This document shows, in pieces, positions 19,374 to 26,182 of a stretch of 49,820 nucleotides of DNA. The DNA comes from a virus (Duplodnaviria > Caudoviricetes). Location of the stretch: positions 1-49,820 of IMG/VR virus record IMGVR_UViG_3300030037_000007; one strand, written 5' to 3'. The position numbers were made by a program, and so were the translations under genes. The notes beneath the pieces were generated by a model that was not told the origin of the DNA, did no database searches, and was given only the letters and a program-made list of their open reading frames with translations. The stretch's first letter is position 1. Each line of letters begins with the position of its first letter.

Positions 19374-20198
19374 TTATACGTTGTTGGCTTCTAGCTGCTT
19401 TTTAACTAGATCGAATTTAGACGCGGGTATTTTGTCAATGTTATCGACTTTGTTCTCCGTCATTACGTCGCACGCAATATTTGTCCATTCAGTGACGCCG
19501 TTATTGTCAGCGGTTGCTAGATGCATAAGTGTTGCCACTTCTTCAATCGATAGCGGTCTGTCTTTCTTTGGCTCCTTCACTTTTGGCTCTGGAATTTCCC
19601 CCGTTTCCGTATCGGTTCCAGCGGGAATATTGAGCGTTGATTTCTTCGGCGTAATATCCTTTTCTGCCATCACCTCAGTCTCATCCCTGGTATACACTCC
19701 CATAATGACGTGCGGCGTATAGAGCCGTGACCACATTTTAACAGCAAGGTATGCCGCTTGCTGCTTTGGGTTTGTCTTCCATAGCGGGCTATTTTTAACC
19801 TTTACCGTTGAGGGGTATAGTTTTTCGCCCCATTGTATTTTCGATTCTCCTGATATTTGTGCGCCAACTCGTATCCACGCATTAGGGTCTGTATCGTTTT
19901 TCCACTCGTCTTCTGAATACTCGTAATGGAACCTTCCAATTATTGCGTTGGAGCTGGTTATCACAGCGTTAACGAGTTGAGCTTCATAGCCCAAGTTGCC
20001 GCTAACAACGTGTGTTTTGCTTGCCACAATGTACGGGTCCATTCCCCACCGTTGGGCTTGCATTATCACCGCCATGCAGTTTCCAGGGTTGCCCTGGTAT
20101 TGCTTTGGAATGGCTATGGTTGACTGAGACATAATCTCAGAGAACCGAATCATTGAAGTCATTTTGCTATCGTCAAAAATTGATATTTCGTTACTCAT
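19374..20198 (-). CDS. recT: RecT-family single-strand annealing protein
   Basis: P.NC.A..MQA.RWGMDP..VA.KTH.V.G.LGYEAQLVNAVI and NSPLWKT.PKQQ.AYLA.K.W.RLY.P motifs. Confidence 0.9.
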   Translation of the reverse strand: MSNEISIFDDSKMTSMIRFSEIMSQSTIAIPKQYQGNPGNCMAVIMQAQRWGMDPYIVASKTHVVSGNLGYEAQLVNAVITSSNAIIGRFHYEYSEDEWKNDTDPNAWIRVGAQISGESKIQWGEKLYPSTVKVKNSPLWKTNPKQQAAYLAVKMWSRLYTPHVIMGVYTRDETEVMAEKDITPKKSTLNIPAGTDTETGEIPEPKVKEPKKDRPLSIEEVATLMHLATADNNGVTEWTNIACDVMTENKVDNIDKIPASKFDLVKKQLEANNV

Positions 20199-20200
20199 TT

Positions 20201-21232
20201 TTATCCCTTATATCCATATGCTGGAATGTCTATTTCACATGCCAAGCCGTCGTTTAGTTCTGGGTAATCACCCGTTAATTCAGCATCCTTGATCATGTTT
20301 AGCGCCTTTGCGCATTGGTCGTAACCGTGATCAATGGCGGTCGATTTTAGCGTATATACGGCGACTTCGTGCGGGAATGTGCTTTCTACGCAGATGAAAA
20401 TAAATTGCCCGTGAGTGGTATCAAACAACTCGTGATCACACTTCAAATAATGCGCGGCTGATATGTGGTACCCCAATTTAAAAATAGATCGTGCAAACTC
20501 TTCTTTGCTCGCGTCGGCGCACGTTTTCAAATCTGCAATGAAGTGGTCTGTTCTAATGTCTGGACGATACTTGACGTTTAATCCGGTATCTCTATCAATG
20601 CAAAATCCAGAGTGTTCACGCTGATTTTCAACTGATAATATTTCCTTAACTTCTGGATGCTCCATTACAGATCTAGCCATTGCCGTTGCTGTTTCCATTT
20701 GCCCAGCATCGACAATTATCTTTCCTTCATTGGCAGCCATAAATGCAGCCTTGCCAGCCTTGCCGATCTTGGTGCGCCCGTCGAACTTCTCGCTAACTGC
20801 GAATTGATTTCCAAACGTCTCAGGCTCAAGCACAAGGGCGTGAACGAGAGTGCCTAGCTCCATTGCTGGAGTGGTTTTAAAAACGCTATCACCGTCAATT
20901 TCAGCCTTGTACTTGCCCATTGATTTAAGTGCAGTTTTAATATTCGAGCTGCTAATATTTGGAGTTGCGTGGTAGGTGCTATTAGGCATTCCGCCGATGA
21001 AATTGTTTTCTACGTTACTTGGCATGTTCTTACCCTCATTGCTGATATCGTTGACATATTCTGTCGAGCCGCTCGGCGCTTCGGCTGTATTGTTGTTGGC
21101 CATATGTTGAATAGTTTCTTGCGCGGGCTCTTGATTGCCATTCGAGTTTTGCGTGTCTTGTTTATGTCCACGTTTATCATTTCCATTGTTGCTCTCACTT
21201 ATACCGGTTGGGTTGAAAGGTTTTAAATCCAT
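20201..21232 (-). CDS. RecE/exonuclease VIII-like PD-(D/E)XK nuclease (DUF3799-like)
   Basis: YHA...ISSS, GT..HA..LEP, K.RPD....IADLKT and YH..AA.Y motifs. Low-complexity N-terminus. Adjacent to recT. Confidence 0.9.
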   Translation of the reverse strand: MDLKPFNPTGISESNNGNDKRGHKQDTQNSNGNQEPAQETIQHMANNNTAEAPSGSTEYVNDISNEGKNMPSNVENNFIGGMPNSTYHATPNISSSNIKTALKSMGKYKAEIDGDSVFKTTPAMELGTLVHALVLEPETFGNQFAVSEKFDGRTKIGKAGKAAFMAANEGKIIVDAGQMETATAMARSVMEHPEVKEILSVENQREHSGFCIDRDTGLNVKYRPDIRTDHFIADLKTCADASKEEFARSIFKLGYHISAAHYLKCDHELFDTTHGQFIFICVESTFPHEVAVYTLKSTAIDHGYDQCAKALNMIKDAELTGDYPELNDGLACEIDIPAYGYKG

Positions 21233-21243
21233 CGTTTTACCTA

Positions 21244-21312
21244 TAAACTATTGTTTACTGCTTGCGAGGTATGAATTTAGTTTACTTTGAGGCGCTTGTA
21301 AACTATTGTTTA
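21244..21312. promoter_or_regulatory. Divergent promoter region with two operator copies
   Basis: TAAACTATTGTTTA at 21244-21257 and 21299-21312. Leftward TTTACA(21297-21302)-N17-TAAATT(21274-21279). Rightward TTTACT(21281-21286)-N17-TATTGT(21304-21309). Confidence 0.75.
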
Positions 21313-21339
21313 CGAAATATTTAAAAAAAGAGAGGTTAT

Positions 21340-21579
21340 ATGAAAAAAACAGAGGTGATGGAGTTACAGGATTTCATCAAAAAATACAAAATCACAAATG
21401 CAGTTATGCATAAGTGTTCCGGTATGAGCTATCAATACCTAAACAAAGTCATTACAGGCAAACAAGCAGGAAAGGTAATGATTAGCTGCAATATGAAAAC
21501 AGGGGCTTTCAGGGTGCACCATCCAGATATAGCGGCGGGAAAGCTTGACACTGATTTACTTAAACAGGGCGAGGAATAA
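21340..21579 (+). CDS. Cro/Xre-like HTH transcriptional regulator
   Basis: LQDFIKKYKITNAVMHKCSGMSYQYLNKVITGK has HTH spacing. First gene of the divergent unit. RBS GAGG. Confidence 0.6.
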   Translation: MKKTEVMELQDFIKKYKITNAVMHKCSGMSYQYLNKVITGKQAGKVMISCNMKTGAFRVHHPDIAAGKLDTDLLKQGEE

Positions 21580-22220
21580 TGCAAAACCTAATTTGCTTTG
21601 AATGCGGCGCGGATTTTACTCGCTACGGATCTAAGGTAGCAACCGTTGACGCGTGCTGTGGAAAGAAATGCAGCAGGGAAATGAGAAGAAAGAAATCGAT
21701 AAAAAAAAGGACAAAGCCGTGCCAAGAATGCGGCATTACGTTTGTTGGCCAGCATCTAGGGTCAAAATTTTGCTCCATAAAATGTTTGTCAGTTTTTAAG
21801 GCAAAAAAAACAAAGCAGGATTCTTGGGATAAATACAAGAAAAATTGCGAGCGTTGTGGAATTGAATTCTTGCCGCCAAGGCAGGCAGAGGGAGGTCGGT
21901 TTTGCTCTCGCTCTTGCAGCGGAATTACAGCAAGAAAGGAAAGAATATATAGGGAAGGATATTATATGATTCACGTCGAAAACCACCCAAACGCAACAAA
22001 GCAAGGTTACGTTCTTGAGCATAGAGCAGCAATGGAGTCGAAAATAGGAAGGTATTTATCAAAAGAAGAGGTTGTCCATCATATAAATTTAAATAAATCT
22101 GACAATAGAATCAGCAACTTAATGATAATGTCAGATTCAGATCATAAATCTTATCATGCAAATCTTTCTCACATGTTAAAGAGCTATTTGAAAAGCGAAA
22201 AGGGGCGTATAAATGGGTGA
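21579..22220 (+). CDS. HNH endonuclease with three N-terminal CxxC...CxxxC zinc ribbons
   Basis: GYVLEHR..ME..IGR.L...EVVHHIN.NK.DNR..NL motif. Confidence 0.9.
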   Translation: MQNLICFECGADFTRYGSKVATVDACCGKKCSREMRRKKSIKKRTKPCQECGITFVGQHLGSKFCSIKCLSVFKAKKTKQDSWDKYKKNCERCGIEFLPPRQAEGGRFCSRSCSGITARKERIYREGYYMIHVENHPNATKQGYVLEHRAAMESKIGRYLSKEEVVHHINLNKSDNRISNLMIMSDSDHKSYHANLSHMLKSYLKSEKGRING

Positions 22221-22608
22221 TATAACTTTGAACATTAGCCGTTCAGAATTAAAATGTTCTTGCAACAACTGCAACGTAACAATACAGGATCACGAGCCGG
22301 TTATTCAGGTTGTTCAAGATGCTTGCAAATACTACGCCATGATATACGGTGTCGAAAAAGTGCGCCTAGAAATAACCAGCGCGGCACGTTGCTATGAATA
22401 CAATAGGTCTGTCATGGTAGGCAGTAATGATGAAAGCCAGCACCCACGATGCTGCGCAATGGACATAAAAATATTCATTGATGTAATACAGGTTGAGCCT
22501 TCAAAAGTCTACAGATACCTAAATACAAAGTATCCAGACAAATGCGGAATAGGAAATTACAGAACATTCACGCACATAGACACTCGTAACAAAAGGAGTC
22601 GATGGTAA
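22213..22608 (+). CDS. Endolysin, peptidase M15A family
   Basis: SE..C.C, ITS..RC...N, SQH....A.D and GIG.Y..F.HID.R zinc-peptidase motifs. Confidence 0.85.
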   Translation: MGDITLNISRSELKCSCNNCNVTIQDHEPVIQVVQDACKYYAMIYGVEKVRLEITSAARCYEYNRSVMVGSNDESQHPRCCAMDIKIFIDVIQVEPSKVYRYLNTKYPDKCGIGNYRTFTHIDTRNKRSRW

Positions 22609-23084
22609 TGTTCGAATCAATATTTGGAACAAAAAAAGCAGTAGATAACATACTAGATAAAGACGATGGAATTCTAGTCAAGATAGGCGCGTTTGCTAAC
22701 GATATGCACTTGAGCGATGTCGAACGAGAGCGGTTCGATATTATGCGCCGAAAGCTTGCCGTCAAAATGCTGGCAGCCCTAGAACCGTTTAAGGTTGTAC
22801 AGCGAATTATAGCCTTTGCCACGATGTTTTTGTGGGGGTTCGTCGGGTTCAATATCGTCATAGCTCTATGGATTGAGGCAATATTCAATAACACAGTGAC
22901 GACAACGACAACAATTGGCGACGTGGTAACCGTAGTTGTAACTACGCACGAATTCGATATATCAGGCCCGTTGATTGAATTTGCTATGTCTCAGTACGTA
23001 TTGATACCTGTAAGCCTTGTGTTGGGCTTGTACATGGCTGGTGGTGCGGCAGAATCAAACAACAGATTTAAACCAGGGGCTTGA
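22602..23084 (+). CDS. Holin-like membrane protein
   Basis: Follows the endolysin. EPFK..QR..A motif then two hydrophobic segments. Confidence 0.6.
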   Translation: MVMFESIFGTKKAVDNILDKDDGILVKIGAFANDMHLSDVERERFDIMRRKLAVKMLAALEPFKVVQRIIAFATMFLWGFVGFNIVIALWIEAIFNNTVTTTTTIGDVVTVVVTTHEFDISGPLIEFAMSQYVLIPVSLVLGLYMAGGAAESNNRFKPGA

Positions 23085-23109
23085 TCAAAATCAACTCATA
23101 GCCTATCAT
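23081..23109 (+). promoter_or_regulatory. Sigma70-type promoter TTGATC-N17-TATCAT
   Basis: -35 at 23081-23086, -10 at 23104-23109. No convincing gene before the terminator ending at 23208. Confidence 0.6.
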
Positions 23110-23115
23110 TCCCTT

Positions 23116-23208
23116 ATCAAGTCGCTCTCACGGTTTGGTGAAACTTCTGGTTGGAGTTTGGAAGGAAGCAGTGTTTCGGATCATAGGCCCGACTCGCTGC
23201 TTTTTTTT
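23116..23208 (+). ncRNA. Candidate small RNA A (~93 nt)
   Basis: Bounded by a promoter and terminator. Hairpins TCAC-GGTTTG-GTGA and AAACTTC-TGGTT-GGAGTTT. Confidence 0.5.
23166..23208 (+). terminator. Intrinsic terminator
   Basis: AGCAGTG..TCGG / CCGA..CGCTGCT stem followed by T8. Confidence 0.8.
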
Positions 23209-23229
23209 GCGTTAAATTCGACATTCTAC

Positions 23230-23268
23230 TAAACAATAGTTTACAAGATAATTAAAATGGCCTACTAT
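23230..23268 (+). promoter_or_regulatory. Operator plus promoter TTTACA-N17-TACTAT
   Basis: Operator at 23230-23243, -35 at 23240-23245, -10 at 23263-23268. Confidence 0.8.
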
Positions 23269-23299
23269 TCAGGAGTCGAAACAAACCAGAGAAAGAAAA

Positions 23300-23557
23300 A
23301 TGATATATCGGATAATGGACTGGATAAAGTGGCTTTATTGGAGCGGTAAATATACCAAGGTAGAGCTATGGGAATCCGATAACATAGGGTGTTCGGACGG
23401 GTATTATGAATGCAGCATGGGACTTGCCAGAATTAAATGTCAGTTTTATGAAGACAAAAAGGTCATGAAAAACGGCGATGCAGTTGCCCTAATGGAGAAA
23501 AGGCATGACAAATTAGAAAAAAAATATTTCGGCCCAAAATACATAAAATCTAAGTAA
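23300..23557 (+). CDS. Hypothetical early protein
   Basis: First ORF after the promoter. AACCAGAG leader. Confidence 0.65.
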   Translation: MIYRIMDWIKWLYWSGKYTKVELWESDNIGCSDGYYECSMGLARIKCQFYEDKKVMKNGDAVALMEKRHDKLEKKYFGPKYIKSK

Positions 23558-23576
23558 CCCAACCAGGAAAACAAAA

Positions 23577-24017
23577 ATGAACGATAGAGCGATTTTATCA
23601 GTAGGACTAACCCAGGATTTTGCAGAGTGTGAGAAGCGAAAAGAGTTTATGCCGTGGCTTGGAACAAAGGCACCTATGTGTGACAAGGCAAATAATGCAA
23701 TGCAGCATATCTACGAACTAGAAGCCCTAATCCAAATCGAAAAATACGCCACACTATCAAACATGGCTAACGAAATGCGCAACCATTTGGCAGAGATACG
23801 GCTCAAGCAGTCAGGCAAAGAAACGACAGGTTACCAGCTAGCGATCAATCTAGTTATCGACACGCTAGAAGATATCGACAAAGAAACACAAGCAGCAACG
23901 AGCATTGCAGAAATACAAGCGGCTAGCTTGCTAAGCATTGCAACAGAAATAAGAAGCACCGAAGACTATCAAACGGTCGTACAGTTCGCTAAAGCCATCA
24001 ATGAAGGGTGTTGTTAA
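23577..24017 (+). CDS. Hypothetical helical protein
   Basis: CCAACCAGGA leader. Confidence 0.7.
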   Translation: MNDRAILSVGLTQDFAECEKRKEFMPWLGTKAPMCDKANNAMQHIYELEALIQIEKYATLSNMANEMRNHLAEIRLKQSGKETTGYQLAINLVIDTLEDIDKETQAATSIAEIQAASLLSIATEIRSTEDYQTVVQFAKAINEGCC

Positions 24018-24190
24018 TGTTAATTGAGATTCAGCAGACAGCTTTTTTAGTTCTTTGCGTTGCATACATTATTAACTATTTCTACAGCGGGGTTAGTATC
24101 TCGAAATTGCACCTTAGAATTTGGGGATATTCTTTTTTTGGGTCAATTATCGTTATTGTGGTTACAACCTTGATAAGAATCTGGAGTTAA
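24017..24190 (+). CDS. Small two-helix membrane protein
   Basis: TAATG coupling and two hydrophobic segments. Confidence 0.6.
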   Translation: MLIEIQQTAFLVLCVAYIINYFYSGVSISKLHLRIWGYSFFGSIIVIVVTTLIRIWS

Positions 24191-24192
24191 AC

Positions 24193-24402
24193 TTGAACGG
24201 TCAAGCAGTAGCCAAACACCTAGAAAACTTTATAGAGAACAATAATCTTGAATGGTTCGGAGTAGCGACTATTCGTAGGGATTGCAAAATAGGATATAGC
24301 CACGCTTTCAGGGTTCTACAGCTTGGAATAAAGAAAGGCGTATTCGAGAATGAAGAGAGCGAAACTTTCAAATATAAAATGGTGAGAGACGATGAACATT
24401 GA
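24193..24402 (+). CDS. Stand-alone winged-helix protein resembling the FtsK gamma domain
   Basis: RBS GGAG plus TTG at 24193. VATIRRDCKIGYSHAFRVLQLGIKKGVF compared with the FtsK-gamma consensus S.IQR..RIGYNRAAR.IE.LE..G.V. Confidence 0.55.
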   Translation: MNGQAVAKHLENFIENNNLEWFGVATIRRDCKIGYSHAFRVLQLGIKKGVFENEESETFKYKMVRDDEH

Positions 24403-24583
24403 TTGCCCAAAATGCCAAGAAGAGCAGGAGCTTGATTGCGATGACTTGCCTAAGCTCGCGTGCGATAGTCAAGATTATGAGTGTAGAAACGCAAGGTGTA
24501 ATCACACTTTTAGCGTTGGCTGGTCTGCCGAGGCAGAAGTAAGGAACGATTATTTGGACAAGGAACCCGATGCACCCATTTAA
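24392..24583 (+). CDS. Small zinc-ribbon protein
   Basis: CPKC...CRNARC. Confidence 0.7.
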   Translation: MNIDCPKCQEEQELDCDDLPKLACDSQDYECRNARCNHTFSVGWSAEAEVRNDYLDKEPDAPI

Positions 24584-24696
24584 AATATACATATTAGGCG
24601 TTTGCAGCGGCATGTTAATACCGGGGTACTTAGTGTTAACGTGGGAACCACATTCACCATGTAAAGAATATTACGCACCAACCAGGGAAATAAAAA

Positions 24697-25317
24697 ATGA
24701 TAAGCGATATAGCAATAGCAGAAAATATACAACGACTAATTTCTAACCGTGACACTGCGAACGATTCATATATTTCATTAGAAAACCACGTTTATGATGG
24801 CGTGCGATATATCACATTTACGGGCATGGACAACGCGACGTTTCGAGAGTCGTACACATTTGCTACATTCATGTCTGATTTGCTCGGACTAGATGACCGA
24901 AAAGAAACGTGGATGAATCCGCATTTTATGATGGATTGGGAAGCTGTAAAACCTTTCGTGATGGATTGCATAGACGACGACGAGAAAACGCCCATAGTGC
25001 TATCTGGTCATGGTGTGGCGGGTTCTGTAGCGCTTATGGCTGGCTACTACCTTACAAAGACACATAAAAACTTGCGGCGCGTTGTAACATTTGGCGCACC
25101 CCCATCATTGAATTACAACAAAAAGAACGATTACTATTTTCAGTTGTTGCAACATGCATCAAATCAATACGTTTTGAAAAATGACGTTATGCCGAAAATG
25201 TTTAAGTGGACAAAGTACACCTCTGCTAACCGTACCGTTTTAGATATGCGCGGCGGCCCTTGTGGTATTTCTTGCTACATTGACGCGATGGGTATTGGTG
25301 ATGGGGGTTTGTTGTGA
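24697..25317 (+). CDS. Class-3 lipase-like alpha/beta hydrolase with degenerate catalytic motif
   Basis: ITF.G, H.F..DW, IVLSGHGVAGSVA (canonical GHSLGG), VVTFGAP and NDVMP motifs. Confidence 0.75.
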   Translation: MISDIAIAENIQRLISNRDTANDSYISLENHVYDGVRYITFTGMDNATFRESYTFATFMSDLLGLDDRKETWMNPHFMMDWEAVKPFVMDCIDDDEKTPIVLSGHGVAGSVALMAGYYLTKTHKNLRRVVTFGAPPSLNYNKKNDYYFQLLQHASNQYVLKNDVMPKMFKWTKYTSANRTVLDMRGGPCGISCYIDAMGIGDGGLL

Positions 25318-25418
25318 TTAAAAACCTAGCAATTCTAGCAGCTTCACTAGTCGCGGCAGTGGCGTATGCTGGATTGTACGTATGGATGGTTACTAATATG
25401 GAGTGGATGGCGTTATGA
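25314..25418 (+). CDS. 34-aa single-pass membrane peptide (not in ORF track)
   Basis: MIKNLAILAASLVAAVAYAGLYVWMVTNMEWMAL. GTGA and ATGA overlaps with both neighbours. Confidence 0.55.
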   Translation: MIKNLAILAASLVAAVAYAGLYVWMVTNMEWMAL

Positions 25419-25618
25419 AAAATGTTATTAAGTTTTTAGAAAAAGCTGAAGAGATGGAAAATGACTACCCGTTTCTTTATGTTGAAATCGCAAGAACAAG
25501 GGTAACCGATTATATGGCGTGGCTAAGAGTAAAGCCCGACGGGGATCTAATCGTTAACGGCCAAGGTTTGACGGCTGATGATGCTTGCAAGGATGCAATA
25601 AGCCAACTTTGGACATAA
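25415..25618 (+). CDS. Hypothetical protein
   Basis: ATGA overlap. Ends just before a terminator. Confidence 0.65.
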   Translation: MKNVIKFLEKAEEMENDYPFLYVEIARTRVTDYMAWLRVKPDGDLIVNGQGLTADDACKDAISQLWT

Positions 25619-25619
25619 C

Positions 25620-25652
25620 AAAAACCCGTTGCAGCAATGTAGCGGGTTTTTT
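25620..25652. terminator. Bidirectional intrinsic terminator
   Basis: AAAAACCCGTTGCA-GCAA-TGTAGCGGGTTTTTT. Confidence 0.85.
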
Positions 25653-25827
25653 ATTGCCCGTCATAAAGCAGCCAGATCAGGAATAGAATCCCCCAGGCGA
25701 CCGCCAATAGTTTAGCAGTGCGTTTGCCTTCCATTTCTCGAAAGTCCTTGTTAGCCACGATATAGCAGCCGCACATCCACGAATAAAAGAACATCACCCA
25801 GAAACTACCAAACAAAATTATCTTCAT
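25651..25827 (-). CDS. Possible small two-helix membrane protein
   Basis: MKIILFGSFWVMFF...LLAVAWGILFLIWLL. Weak RBS. The longer 25923 start would run through a terminator. Confidence 0.45.
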   Translation of the reverse strand: MKIILFGSFWVMFFYSWMCGCYIVANKDFREMEGKRTAKLLAVAWGILFLIWLLYDGQ

Positions 25828-25836
25828 ATTTAGCCG

Positions 25837-25917
25837 AAAAAAAACCGGTATGAGGATACCGGCGGATGAGAATTGATAGAGGCTGTTTTTATTATTATTC
25901 GCGGTAGTGAGCCGCGT
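25837..25917 (-). ncRNA. Candidate Hfq-type small RNA B (~80 nt, ChiX-like architecture)
   Basis: 5' hairpin CGCGG-CUCACUA-CCGCG, then AAUAAUAAUAAAAA, a C/U-rich seed, and terminator CCGGUAU-CCUC-AUACCGG-U8. Upstream TAGCCA-N17-CATAAT. Confidence 0.6.
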
Positions 25918-25921
25918 TGAC

Positions 25922-25979
25922 ATTATGCGTTAATTAATTTGGTTTGGCTATTGACGTGAACCACGTAAACCACTATCTT
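25922..25979. promoter_or_regulatory. Back-to-back divergent promoters (sRNA B leftward, replication operon rightward)
   Basis: Left: -35 at 25945-25950, -10 at 25922-25927. Right: TTGACG(25951)-N17-TATCTT(25974). The right spacer holds GTGAACCAC/GTAAACCAC repeats. Confidence 0.65.
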
Positions 25980-26012
25980 TACCACCAACGCAAACAACGT
26001 GGATTAAGTCAA

Positions 26013-26180
26013 ATGAAAGCATTTTCAATATCACTGTTAAAAAGAGGTTCTAGCGAGATCTTAAACGAGCTTCACGAAGGGCCGGTTGTAATAACTCACA
26101 GCCATAGAAAAGATATGGTTTTGGTTATGCGCGATCACTACGAGCATTTGCAGGAACGGGCATCTAAAAACGAGGGGTAA
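26013..26180 (+). CDS. Phd/YefM antitoxin-like DNA-binding protein (orphan)
   Basis: MKAFSIS.LK....EIL......GPVVIT......MVLV....YE.LQE matches the Phd/YefM pattern. ATG 26013 preferred as start. Confidence 0.7.
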   Translation: MKAFSISLLKRGSSEILNELHEGPVVITHSHRKDMVLVMRDHYEHLQERASKNEG

Positions 26181-26182
26181 TT

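Noticed and set aside
24570-24746. 58-aa ORF MHPFKIYILGVCSGMLIPGYLVLTW...
   Set aside because: It has an AAGGA RBS and may be real, but it overlaps the lipase-like gene by 50 nt with no other support.
25917-25935. Perfect TTGACA, and on the minus strand CGCATAATGT resembling the XerC arm of dif
   Set aside because: TTGACA has no -10 at 16-18 bp, and there is no XerD arm. Better explained as the -10 region of the sRNA B promoter.
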